From Oscillospiraceae bacterium (GTDB lineage Bacteria > Bacillota > Clostridia > Oscillospirales > Acutalibacteraceae), in assembly GCA_028697255.1 (NCBI GenBank), contig JAQVFM010000001.1:9789-73788 (forward strand): a DNA stretch of 64,000 bases, in the 5' to 3' direction. The notes under the pieces are model-generated. The model saw nothing but the letters and a program-made list of their open reading frames with translations. It was not told the DNA's origin and ran no database searches. Positions 26,750 through 36,003 of the stretch are shown here, in pieces. A program made the translations under genes and the position numbers. Each line of letters opens with the position of its first letter. Positions within the stretch are counted from its first letter, which is position 1.

Positions 26750-28312
26750 CTAAAAATTGTCGGGGAGATCGTTTTCTAAAAGCACGATTCGTTTACCCTC
26801 ATTCGGCAAATCATTTACCGCTTTAAGCGCATCTTCAAGAGTGGCAGAAACAATTAGCCGTTCGGGTTGAAACCCGGCAGCAAGCAAACCTTCACGCAAT
26901 GGCGGTGCCTGCTTTTTCCCAACAAGTATTGCATAATCGCAGCATGAAGCTGCGTAAAAGCCGAGTTCACGATTAAGCTCGTGTTGCCTCTGTCCCAGTT
27001 CAACCATACCCGGTGTTACCAAAACCCGTTGCCCCTCAAAGCTACGCAAAACATCAAGTGCACAGCGAAAGCCCTGTGGGTTGGAATTATACGAGTCGTC
27101 AATAATCCCATTGGGCAGCAATTGAAGCCTGTGCTCAACCGGCTTTAAGCGCTTTATCGGCACAACAAGTTCTTCAAGAGGTATGCCGAGAGTGTGTGCC
27201 ACAGCAATGCAGCCTAATATGTTTTGAATATTGTGAGCACCCAGCAGACGCGTATTAAAATGTCGCATTTCCCCGCTTGGCGTTTTGACAGTGAAAGAGC
27301 TGCCATCATTGCTTACCGTTATTCCAAACGCGGTATAATTTGTATTCGTATTATTTATGCCATATGTCATAACAGGCTTGGTTACAGTGTGATTATTGAT
27401 ATAGCTGTTGTCGGCATTTAAAAACAGCATGCCGTCGTCGGGTATTGCGTCGGCCAGCTCAAACTTTGTACCAATTATATTTTCAATTGTTTTAAAGGTT
27501 TCAAGATGCTGTTCGCCTATTGAGGTTATAATGCCATAATGCGGATGAGTTAATTCACAAATTTCACTTATGTCGCCGCTGGATTTGGCGCCCATTTCAA
27601 CAATAAAAATATCGTGGGTGGGGCGGAGTTGTTCGCGTATTGTTCGTACAACGCCCATTGTGGTGTTGTAGCTCTCGGGAGTCATAAGCACGTTGTACTT
27701 GACCGATAACAGTGAATAAAGAAAATTCTTTGTGCTTGTTTTGCCGTAACTGCCCGTAATACCGATTACGGTAAGCCGTGACATGCTTGCAAGTATGCGA
27801 CGCGCATCATTTATATATCTTTTAGCAATAAACTTTTCTATCGGGCGGTTAATAAAGTTGGTAAGTAACGTCACAAGCGGCGTCAATGCCGCCCATAAAA
27901 ACAAAAATCCAAGTCCCAGCCGCACCATGCCGGTAAAATAAACCGCCGCATAAACGGTGATTAAAAGCAGCGCATGGGTGAGGAGCAGCCGCATAACGCG
28001 GTGTGTGAACACCAATGGCTTTTTAGCCCTTTTTGGTTTATTTAAATATCCGTGTATTAACAAAAGCAGTGCACATGCAATTCTTTCTTTCCAGCCGCTT
28101 TTTTGCAGTAAAAAGCAGGCAACCGCTATCATAGACAACAGCAGCCAACCCATCTTATCGGCAATTGCGCCTCTGTTTTCCTTAATCCAGCGCATATACC
28201 GCCGATTTCGGTAGGAGTTAAGCTGCAGCATATGAATATAGTGTAGTGATAACAGCGTACAGTCGGCAGCAAATGCAATAAACAGTATAAGAGTGGTGAC
28301 TGTGTCTAACAT
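26750..28312 (-). CDS. MurF-like Mur ligase with N-terminal multi-TM domain
   Basis: Central and C-terminal Mur ligase domains are present (GITGSYGKTSTK, EMGA, DDSYNSNP). They are preceded by about 170 aa of hydrophobic helices instead of the usual MurF N-domain. Confidence 0.7.
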   Translation of the reverse strand: MLDTVTTLILFIAFAADCTLLSLHYIHMLQLNSYRNRRYMRWIKENRGAIADKMGWLLLSMIAVACFLLQKSGWKERIACALLLLIHGYLNKPKRAKKPLVFTHRVMRLLLTHALLLITVYAAVYFTGMVRLGLGFLFLWAALTPLVTLLTNFINRPIEKFIAKRYINDARRILASMSRLTVIGITGSYGKTSTKNFLYSLLSVKYNVLMTPESYNTTMGVVRTIREQLRPTHDIFIVEMGAKSSGDISEICELTHPHYGIITSIGEQHLETFKTIENIIGTKFELADAIPDDGMLFLNADNSYINNHTVTKPVMTYGINNTNTNYTAFGITVSNDGSSFTVKTPSGEMRHFNTRLLGAHNIQNILGCIAVAHTLGIPLEELVVPIKRLKPVEHRLQLLPNGIIDDSYNSNPQGFRCALDVLRSFEGQRVLVTPGMVELGQRQHELNRELGFYAASCCDYAILVGKKQAPPLREGLLAAGFQPERLIVSATLEDALKAVNDLPNEGKRIVLLENDLPDNF

Positions 28313-28368
28313 TGATTTGTCTCCTTGATTTAAAAAGAAATCGGTAAAAACGAATTACGTACCAAAAT

Positions 28369-29109
28369 TTAGTTTATAAAAGCATCCAGCACACGGCTGC
28401 ATTGTCCCCATCTTTCGGCAAAGGCAAAATGGCCCGAATTTTTTAATACGACCAGCCCTGAGTCCGGAATCAGTTTTTCCATTTTTTGTCCGTCACAAAG
28501 TGGAGTTGAAGTGTCGTTGTCTCCCCAAATCAGCAGTGTAGGCACCGCAATGCTCGGCAGCAGATGCGTTAAATCCTCGTTTACCGAACGAACCAGTGTC
28601 TGCCGCATTATCGGACTGGCGCTACGATAGTCAGACGATCCGACCTTGGACCTCATGGCTTCGGCATAAGCCGGCAATATTCGTTTGGCCGCCTTGTAAG
28701 AATATACCTTTATATAGTATTTTAATCCGCGTCGGGGTTTTATGCCTGCCGCATTCATCAAAACAATTTTAGGGACAGAAAATTTTAAATTTTGGCGGTT
28801 TAACAGTTTTATGATTATGCGTGCGCCGTAAGAATGCCCTATCAGGACCGGTGAGTGTAAACCTACGGCGGATATAAATTTAATGATAAAATCGACATAG
28901 TTATCCACCGACCAGGGTGCCGCCGGTTCTTCGCTGTCCCCAAAACCGGGCAGGTCAGGCGCGACTACACGGCAGCGCTGTGACAAATGGTCGGTAATCA
29001 GGCGATAGGTTTTTGCGGGCGCCGCCCAGCCGTGCAGCAACAGCACCTCGGTACCCTGACCCTCGTCGATATACCGGACGCGCTTTTTGTCTATCATGAT
29101 TTCCATCAT
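28369..29109 (-). CDS. Alpha/beta hydrolase
   Basis: LLLHGW...GHSYGA nucleophile elbow and a C-terminal GHF motif. Confidence 0.7.
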   Translation of the reverse strand: MMEIMIDKKRVRYIDEGQGTEVLLLHGWAAPAKTYRLITDHLSQRCRVVAPDLPGFGDSEEPAAPWSVDNYVDFIIKFISAVGLHSPVLIGHSYGARIIIKLLNRQNLKFSVPKIVLMNAAGIKPRRGLKYYIKVYSYKAAKRILPAYAEAMRSKVGSSDYRSASPIMRQTLVRSVNEDLTHLLPSIAVPTLLIWGDNDTSTPLCDGQKMEKLIPDSGLVVLKNSGHFAFAERWGQCSRVLDAFIN

Positions 29110-29285
29110 AGAACCGCCCTTTTGTTTAATTTAAACGAATTATAGCACTTTGATTATGCAAAAGCAATTGTACGCTTTTTTTGATGGTTTTAAGCATTAT
29201 ACTAATATACCATTTTAATGCACTTATAAATATATGACAATGCTTGTAATACTATTCTTTGTTTGCCGTCTATTGAAAATTTAAG

Positions 29286-29402
29286 CGGCGCGATGAGGGC
29301 ATCGCGCCCAACTATTCTGTGTGTCTGCAAGTGAGTGAGGGCGCCGCGCCCTACGGCAAATGCGCGGTAAACCTAAGCAATCGGAACGCCAAGGACGGCG
29401 TT
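29286..29402. repeat. Cluster of three GC-hairpin repeat units
   Basis: Unit 1 is GGCGCGATGAGGGCATCGCGCC (29286-29307). Unit 2 is GAGGGCGCCGCGCCCTAC (29336-29353). Unit 3 is GGAACGCCAAGGACGGCGTTC (29382-29402). Confidence 0.7.
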
Positions 29403-29426
29403 CATTACAAATTCCTGATAAGAGCA

Positions 29427-29485
29427 TTAAAAGCTGCCCCTTATACCGCGAACACAGCTTGTGTTCGCGATAAGTTATGGGGCAG
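29427..29485 (-). terminator. Composite hairpin terminator after the PASTA pseudokinase gene
   Basis: Outer stem GCTGCCCC/GGGGCAGC encloses a 10-bp CGCGAACACA/TGTGTTCGCG stem. On the minus strand it is followed by TTTT. Confidence 0.6.
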
Positions 29486-29506
29486 CATTATTGCAATGTC
29501 AGTCTT

Positions 29507-31204
29507 TTACCACCAGCCGTCTTGTTCGGTTGTAGTGGTTGTCAGTTTAGTCTCACTTACACGAAGGTTCACGGTGCTGCCTTCCTCAAGCTGTTGGCCC
29601 GCTTCCTGAACGCTTTCTACGATATCAATATCAAAAGTGTCGGACACTATCCTCATTATTTCAACTCTAAAGCCCAGAGCTTCAAGATACAATTTTGCAT
29701 GCTCATAGTGCCAGCCAGATACATTTGGTACGGTGATGGATTCAGACCCAGCACTTATAATAACCTTGATTGTTGACCCCTCTTCGGCTGGTGTTTCCGG
29801 TTTTGGTGTCTGGTCCAGAATTTCACCTTTAGGTCGGGAACTATACTTTTTATACTCGACCTCGACTTTCATTTTGCCGCCAAGTTTATTGTTGCGAATA
29901 TCGTAATAGCTTTTGCCAATCAAATCGGGTGTTGCAAACTTTTCGGTTTGCGGTACATATTCGGTTGTAGCCCTGCTTGTTGTTGTTTGAATAGCCGATG
30001 AGCTTGTGGTGCTTGAAGTTTCACCACCGCCGCCTATTAAATCAGGGAAAATAAGCAGCAAAACCGTGCCCGCAAGCAATAAAAGGAATATAAACACCGA
30101 CAATACAATCAAAACTGCGTATTTATAACGGCTTTCCTTTTTTTGGGGGGATTGGTCATCTGTTGGTTCCGGTTCAGGTTCAGGCATATCAGGCTTTTCA
30201 TCCTCACGCAGCCGTGATACGGCGGGTGCAGTCGAAAGCTGATCGCGGAAGTGCTCGATAGAACGCGGTCTGTTTTCGGGATTAACCTGCAATGCGTTGA
30301 AAAGCGCAGCGGCTATATAATCGGGCAATTCTTTTGCGACGTCGGTTGGGACAAATAAATCGTTGGAATCCTGTGCACGGCGAGATCCCTCAGGTGGCGG
30401 ATTTCCCGTCAATGTGCGGAAGATTGTTGCAGCAAGTCCGTATATGTCACTCAGTGCCCCTGTTTCTTGCCCAAAAGCATATTGTTCGGGAGCTGAATAA
30501 CCTGAAATAAGGCGTGGTCTCAAGTCAGTGTTGACACGACGTGCGTCGGCTATACTAAAGCCCCGAAGATACAGCTTGCCGTCATTACCAAGAATAAGGT
30601 TTTTTGGACTGATGCCCAAATGGAATATACCCGCCGAATGCAGTGAATTAAGCGAGGTTAGCAGGGGCATAAACAACGGCCTTGCTTCTTCCCATCTCAT
30701 ACGCCCGCCAATCTGTTTAAGCCGTGTTTCAAGCGTGTTTCCACCGTAGTATTCTGAAACGGTATAGGTCGTAAGGTTTTGTTCGAATATATCGTATATC
30801 GAAACAATTGACGAAAGCCCACGCATACGCGCAAGAGCGCGGGCATGTGTCTTAAATTTTTCGTGATAATCGCGGAAAGTATTTTCGCATCCGCTTATAA
30901 TCCGCAGTTTGCTGCTTTGGGAACGTTCAACGAGCGTGTCAGGCAGAAACTCCCGTATAGTTATCGGTGATTTGAGCACCCTGTCAAACCCAATATAAAC
31001 AGCGGCGTCACCCGTATGCTCAATAAGCTTTCCGACAATATACCGATCAGATAATAGTGTTCCGACAGTGAGATACAACGATTCATTGTCGCCGTTTGCA
31101 GGATAGCCGCATATGCCGCATTCTTTTCTTCCTTCGGGTAGCGGATTCATGCAGCCCATACAGAGTCTTTCCTGCCCTTTATATTCAGGCATCAGCGTCA
31201 CCAA
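29507..31204 (-). CDS. Membrane protein with zinc ribbon, degenerate Ser/Thr-kinase-like domain, one TM helix and two PASTA domains (predicted pseudokinase)
   Basis: The Hanks-fold landmarks SAPEQ, DIYGLA and NPENRP are retained. VAIK is replaced by ITIR, HRDxKPxN by HLGISPKN, and DFG by GFS. The TM helix is AVLIVLSVFIFLLLLAGTVLLLIF. Two PASTA-like repeats sit at the C-terminus. The start is GTG 31204 or ATG 31192. Confidence 0.75.
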   Translation of the reverse strand: MVTLMPEYKGQERLCMGCMNPLPEGRKECGICGYPANGDNESLYLTVGTLLSDRYIVGKLIEHTGDAAVYIGFDRVLKSPITIREFLPDTLVERSQSSKLRIISGCENTFRDYHEKFKTHARALARMRGLSSIVSIYDIFEQNLTTYTVSEYYGGNTLETRLKQIGGRMRWEEARPLFMPLLTSLNSLHSAGIFHLGISPKNLILGNDGKLYLRGFSIADARRVNTDLRPRLISGYSAPEQYAFGQETGALSDIYGLAATIFRTLTGNPPPEGSRRAQDSNDLFVPTDVAKELPDYIAAALFNALQVNPENRPRSIEHFRDQLSTAPAVSRLREDEKPDMPEPEPEPTDDQSPQKKESRYKYAVLIVLSVFIFLLLLAGTVLLLIFPDLIGGGGETSSTTSSSAIQTTTSRATTEYVPQTEKFATPDLIGKSYYDIRNNKLGGKMKVEVEYKKYSSRPKGEILDQTPKPETPAEEGSTIKVIISAGSESITVPNVSGWHYEHAKLYLEALGFRVEIMRIVSDTFDIDIVESVQEAGQQLEEGSTVNLRVSETKLTTTTTEQDGWW

Positions 31205-31242
31205 CCTTCCTTTGGCAATATTTTGGCAAATATATAAGAAGA

Positions 31243-31271
31243 ATTGTACAAAAAAATATATGTTTAGTCAA
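31243..31271 (-). promoter_or_regulatory. Sigma-A type promoter for the pseudokinase gene
   Basis: Minus strand reads TTGACT, 17 nt, TACAAT. Confidence 0.5.
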
Positions 31272-31314
31272 GAATAAAAGCGTGTATGTAACTGCATATT
31301 ACAGTTTTGAAATC

Positions 31315-32310
31315 TTATGTAGTATTTATGCCTTGTTTTATTTTATCCCTTAGCTTGATTTGTCGGATATCACGTCCGACAAATGTAAGCGGTACAAATG
31401 TACCGATAATGCGTGAGGTTATCTGTTCTCCGTAACGCTCGAGCTCGTTTTGGTTGAGATTTGTGCTTATAATCGTGGGCCGGCCATCAAGCATACGGCT
31501 GTTTATAAGATTATATAAGCATGAGGTATAAAACGGGCTTGAAAACTCCGCCCCCAAATCATCAAGAATCAACAAATCGCATTCGATCATCATATCCTGG
31601 CTGTTACCGTTTGTGCGACCAAAATGCTCCTTTTCGATCTGGTGCAAAAGCTTTTGAACCGGACCGTAGATTACGCCAAACCCGGCGTTAATCACGCAGC
31701 GTGCAATAGCCAATGAAACATGGGTTTTGCCCGTACCGGTCGCTCCGCGAAATAAAAGACTCGGAGAAGTCAAATCAAAGTCATCAGCGTAATTTTTACA
31801 ATATGCAAAAACTTCATTCATGCAATCGCGGGGTGACATTTTGCTTCGCGGGGTATCCGGATAATAATCAAGGCGAAGACTGTCAAAGCTGGCATCCTTC
31901 ATAGTACCCATATAACTCAGGCGTTTAAAGGCCTCCTCACGCAGAAGGGCCTTAAAACAGTCACACATTTTACTCCTGCAGTAGCCGGTATCTTCACAGC
32001 TTGGACAGGAATAACGCGGTTCGAAATTCGGCCTGTGTATACCTTCCTTTGCAAGAATCTCGGCAAGCTCAGCCTGCAGCGCAAGATTTTTATTTTTTAT
32101 GCGCTCCACCGCGGCGATAACATCCCCTTTGTCAAGCACGGCACGAGATACGCGTATCGCGGCATTAGCCATTTCGCGTTCAATTTCTTTGATGCGCGGG
32201 TGTTTTTTTACCATGCGTTCGTGCAGCGCTGTCGCCTTGGTCTGTGCACTGGTACGCCGGCGCTGAAGTTCGGCAAAGGCCGCGTCATAAACCTCCCTAC
32301 TATATCCCAT
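31315..32310 (-). CDS. DnaC/DnaI-like AAA+ helicase-loader protein
   Basis: Walker A GATGTGKTH, Walker B LLILDDLG, and an N-terminal Cys cluster (CPSCEDTGYC). It follows a DnaD-domain gene. Confidence 0.75.
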   Translation of the reverse strand: MGYSREVYDAAFAELQRRRTSAQTKATALHERMVKKHPRIKEIEREMANAAIRVSRAVLDKGDVIAAVERIKNKNLALQAELAEILAKEGIHRPNFEPRYSCPSCEDTGYCRSKMCDCFKALLREEAFKRLSYMGTMKDASFDSLRLDYYPDTPRSKMSPRDCMNEVFAYCKNYADDFDLTSPSLLFRGATGTGKTHVSLAIARCVINAGFGVIYGPVQKLLHQIEKEHFGRTNGNSQDMMIECDLLILDDLGAEFSSPFYTSCLYNLINSRMLDGRPTIISTNLNQNELERYGEQITSRIIGTFVPLTFVGRDIRQIKLRDKIKQGINTT

Positions 32311-32326
32311 TTAAATCTTCCTATCA

Positions 32327-33301
32327 TCACTTATTTTTAATATATACAGGCGTAAAGTTTCGCACCATATTTTCGTATTCTTCCAAATCATATGAGGTTT
32401 CTTTTTTCGGTTTTTTACTCTTGCCTGATTTTGTATCTTCTACTTTTTCAACCGAATCAATGCCCTGGCTGCGCCAGTTTTCGATAATCTTCATCATATA
32501 GCTGCTGTTAAACCTTCCGGTGGCTTTGATGCACTTTTCGTAAGCCAGCCGCAAAAGACCGCCGTCAATCTGCCAATCGCAAATCCAGCGTTCTGCCGCA
32601 TCTGATTGTGCAACAGTGGGAGATTGGTTAATGTTTAGCAGCTCACTTAATTTCTGCCACGCCTGACGTCGCCGTTCGAGTTTGCATAGGTATTGTTCTG
32701 CTGCCGAAATTGTATTGATCTCCCGATCCGACCAATCAAGTGCTACTTTTTCTATGTACCGCATATGAGATTTGCCGCAGGCGATTGCGTATTCAATCAC
32801 CATCAGTATAACCTCGACAGGCAGCCCCGCGGTATCATAAAGATACAAAAGCGTTTCCATATCGCCATTTGATATCGGCCGACCAAGCCTTGCCGAAGCA
32901 GTATCAAGCAAATATGTGAATTCTTCACTCTCTTTTTGGCGGTTTATTACCTCTTTCATAGTCGGCTTGACCGGACGGGGTCGCGATGCGGCCAATACAT
33001 GCTTGACGGCTTTTTTATTGTCTTCGGGATCTTTTTTCGTAGTTTTTTTCTCCTCTTGTGCCTCAGTAGTTATGAGTAAGTCTGTCTCAACCCAATATTG
33101 CAAAGCATCACGGCAATCGGCGGGAGTAAGTCCGATTGACTTTGAGCATTTTTCGGCATTAAAATTGCCTGATCCGTTTCTCAACAGCCAAATTAACACC
33201 TTTAACTGTGCAGAACCGGCCAGCCTGATATGCTCATCTGCCACAACGGCAGGAACCGCAAATATTTCATTTAGCATGTCCGGATTTAAACGATAGTCCA
33301 T
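32327..33301 (-). CDS. DnaD/DnaB_2-domain replication initiation protein
   Basis: Two DnaB_2-type repeats are visible (...VILMVIEYAIACGKSHMRYIEKVALDWSDREI... and ...CIKATGRFNSSYMMKIIENWRSQGI...). Confidence 0.7.
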   Translation of the reverse strand: MDYRLNPDMLNEIFAVPAVVADEHIRLAGSAQLKVLIWLLRNGSGNFNAEKCSKSIGLTPADCRDALQYWVETDLLITTEAQEEKKTTKKDPEDNKKAVKHVLAASRPRPVKPTMKEVINRQKESEEFTYLLDTASARLGRPISNGDMETLLYLYDTAGLPVEVILMVIEYAIACGKSHMRYIEKVALDWSDREINTISAAEQYLCKLERRRQAWQKLSELLNINQSPTVAQSDAAERWICDWQIDGGLLRLAYEKCIKATGRFNSSYMMKIIENWRSQGIDSVEKVEDTKSGKSKKPKKETSYDLEEYENMVRNFTPVYIKNK

Positions 33302-33414
33302 TTAAAAAGTCGTACCTTTCAAAATTATTTCAATATACATTATACACATATTTTAGGGCGCCGGGCAAGTAGCCACACCCGAAAATTTATTACGCGGATA
33401 AAATACAGCGAAGC

Positions 33415-33444
33415 GTATAGTATTCACAATGGGTGAGTATACTA
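33415..33444 (+). promoter_or_regulatory. Forespore (sigma-F/G)-like promoter for gpr
   Basis: GTATA, 18 nt, TATACTA resembles the sigma-G pattern GHATR-N17/18-CATXHTA. In Bacillus subtilis gpr is sigma-F/G dependent. Confidence 0.35.
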
Positions 33445-33494
33445 AATTATCATTATTTTATTGCCTGTAAAAAATGAAAAAAAGGAGCAGAGAA

Positions 33495-34367
33495 ATGCAG
33501 TTTCGCACAGATTTAGCAATTGAAGCAGTTAAGGCAGCGCCAGAGACAAAGCTGCCTGGTATAAGGCAGGAAAGTCAGCAAATTGAGGATATTAAACTTA
33601 CAAAAATTTATATCGAGAACGAACAGGGAGAAAAGGAGCTTGGGCGGCCGAAAGGCACCTATATAACTGCAGAATTGCCACCTTTGTCAGACGATGAGGA
33701 GAATATGGAGCAAAAAGCAACAGTGCTTGGGGCAGAGCTTCGTTCATTGTTGCCTGAACAAGGTACTGTTTTGGTAGTGGGATTGGGCAATCAGTCGGTA
33801 ACTCCCGATGCTCTGGGACCACGGTCAGCGGGCATGGTGCTGGCGACGCGGCATATTGAGGGTGAATTTGCACGCAGCACAGGATTGGACAAGCTTCGGT
33901 CGGCAGCTGTGTTTGTCCCGGGAGTGCTGGGGCAAACAGGTGTTGAAAGCAGTGAAATGGTGCGCGGCATATGCGGTATTGTTAAACCTGCCGCGGTTAT
34001 TGTAATCGACGCACTTGCTGCCCGCAGTGTAGAACGGCTTGGCTGCACTGTGCAGATTTGTGATACCGGTATTGCTCCGGGTTCGGGTGTAGGTAATAAC
34101 CGTATTGCGCTAAATCGTGAAACGCTTGGTGTGCCGGTTATCGGGCTGGGTGTTCCAACTGTTGTGGACGCACGCACCGTTGCAATGGACTTGACCGGGC
34201 GTGAAGAGTCAGGAGAGCAGGTGACACCCCGCGGCTCCGAAATGATGGTGACGCCCCGAGAAATTGATTTGATTATTCGGCGGGCTTCTAATCTTATTGC
34301 AATGATGGTAAACGCAGCGCTTCAGCCCGAATATTCTCCGCTGTCATTGATTTCAGCTGCAGGATAG
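33495..34367 (+). CDS. gpr: Germination protease (GPR endopeptidase)
   Basis: FRTDLAIEA N-terminus and GLGNQSVTPDALGP motif. The ATG at 33495 is 7 nt after GGAG. An alternative ATG is at 33474. Confidence 0.88.
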   Translation: MQFRTDLAIEAVKAAPETKLPGIRQESQQIEDIKLTKIYIENEQGEKELGRPKGTYITAELPPLSDDEENMEQKATVLGAELRSLLPEQGTVLVVGLGNQSVTPDALGPRSAGMVLATRHIEGEFARSTGLDKLRSAAVFVPGVLGQTGVESSEMVRGICGIVKPAAVIVIDALAARSVERLGCTVQICDTGIAPGSGVGNNRIALNRETLGVPVIGLGVPTVVDARTVAMDLTGREESGEQVTPRGSEMMVTPREIDLIIRRASNLIAMMVNAALQPEYSPLSLISAAG

Positions 34368-34474
34368 CAAGCCTGTCTGTCAGTACTCTGTTATCAGTAT
34401 AAAACAGGTCTTCATGAAGATTATGTAATTGACTTATGGAATAAAATTTTATTTTTTCGCATAGTCTGTTAGCG

Positions 34475-35629
34475 GTGATGAAAATGCGAAAAAGGCCGCA
34501 AAACAAGCATAATAAACCGCGGCTGGAAACAGCTCGTGCTGCAATAGCGGCTACATCGCTTGTTGTTTGTCTTATGCTAACTGTGAGTGGTTTATCGGGT
34601 GGACGGCTGCTCAGTATGGGGAGGGGGCTTGCGATGCTGTCGGCAGGCATCATGCAGCCCGAGGGCGGTGCACAGATGCTCTGTGAACGGCTGAGCCGCA
34701 TACCGGCCGCACAGCAAGGTGACAACCGGAGTGAACCGGTATTTTTGACGACATATACACCGGGTGGGGGTATGCAGACATCGGGCGAGCTTTCACCGCT
34801 ACCGAAAGACATATCCGGCGTTGTACCGTCCGAGGCAGGTGACGGGGGTAAAATTGTTGAGATTCAAATGACGACCGGTAGCAATTTCATACAGGGCGTT
34901 GCAATAAAAAACGGTAGCAGCCGTACGGTGGATATATCGTCTCAGTTAAAAATAAAACCGGATATTAAGATTACAGATTCGGTCAATCCCCAGGTTCTTA
35001 TAATGCATACGCATACAACCGAATGCTATATGTCTTATTATGCCGGTTATTACAACAAATCTGATGAATCAAGGTCAAAGGACCATACACGAAACGTTGT
35101 TGCAGTGGGTGAAGCTATTTGTGCACAGCTTCGCGCTGCCAACATTGCAGCGATCCACGATGTAACCGTACACGATTCGCCTAAATATTCCGGGGCATAC
35201 GAGCGTTCAGTTCAGACTGTAAAAAAAATTCTTGAACAGTACCCGTCTATTAGCGTTGTTATCGACATTCATCGTGACGCAATATACAAATCTAAAACAG
35301 AAAGATATAAACCAACCATAACAATAAACGGGCGAAAGGCCGCACAAATGATGATAATTGCAAGTGTGGGCAATTCGGCTGCAGTACCCCATCCAAACTG
35401 GCAGCAAAACCTCAGGTTTGCACTGAGATTGCAAAGTGCACTTCATACGCAATATACAGGCATTATGCGGCCATTATACATTGTGGACAGCCGCTATAAT
35501 CAGCATCTTACAAATGGCTCGTTGCTAATTGAGGTTGGTGCCGATTCTAATACCGTAAGCGAGGCAGTATATTCGGGCGAAATTTTGGGAAAAACATTGG
35601 CACAGGTACTTAATACACTAAAACAATAG
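34475..35629 (+). CDS. spoIIP: Stage II sporulation protein P
   Basis: VLIMHTHTTECY and IDIHRD motifs of the SpoIIP amidase family. It follows gpr as in Bacillus. The exact start is uncertain (GTG 34475, ATG 34478 or ATG 34484). Confidence 0.85.
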   Translation: MMKMRKRPQNKHNKPRLETARAAIAATSLVVCLMLTVSGLSGGRLLSMGRGLAMLSAGIMQPEGGAQMLCERLSRIPAAQQGDNRSEPVFLTTYTPGGGMQTSGELSPLPKDISGVVPSEAGDGGKIVEIQMTTGSNFIQGVAIKNGSSRTVDISSQLKIKPDIKITDSVNPQVLIMHTHTTECYMSYYAGYYNKSDESRSKDHTRNVVAVGEAICAQLRAANIAAIHDVTVHDSPKYSGAYERSVQTVKKILEQYPSISVVIDIHRDAIYKSKTERYKPTITINGRKAAQMMIIASVGNSAAVPHPNWQQNLRFALRLQSALHTQYTGIMRPLYIVDSRYNQHLTNGSLLIEVGADSNTVSEAVYSGEILGKTLAQVLNTLKQ

Positions 35630-35638
35630 GGGCGGCGG

Positions 35639-35980
35639 ATGTTGCATAACAGAAAACCAAAGCAAAGGAACACAAACTTTCGCGTGTTTTGGCGCACTGC
35701 GTTAACCTGCTTTTTTTTGCTTATACTGATCACAGGATTTGTTATAGCGGATTACAACACTCGGCAAGTGGGATTTGGCAGCGGCAGTATGAGGATTGAA
35801 ATATTCCCCAAGGAGGACAGCGTCTATGTAAACATGCTCGGACGCGAGCAAACATACGAGGTGTCTGAAAATTTTAGCAAGTGGACAGGCCGTTTGTGGA
35901 ATGTTCTGCCACCAGTAATACGTGCAATGTTTTGGATGTTTGAGGGCGAGTGTATTGCAGCAACCGAGGTTTTAAAATAA
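35639..35980 (+). CDS. Small single-TM protein, YqxA-like by position
   Basis: 113 aa with one hydrophobic helix. It lies directly after spoIIP, the position of yqxA in Bacillus subtilis. The call rests on position only. Confidence 0.4.
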   Translation: MLHNRKPKQRNTNFRVFWRTALTCFFLLILITGFVIADYNTRQVGFGSGSMRIEIFPKEDSVYVNMLGREQTYEVSENFSKWTGRLWNVLPPVIRAMFWMFEGECIAATEVLK

Positions 35981-36003
35981 ATGTGTATATATTTGATGCA
36001 AAC

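Noticed and set aside
31315-33301. DnaD-like plus DnaC-like gene pair as a prophage or plasmid replication module
   Set aside because: There are no integrase, repressor, structural or partition genes nearby. The flanks are core sporulation and cell-envelope genes. The pair matches the chromosomal dnaB/dnaD-dnaI helicase-loading arrangement of Firmicutes.
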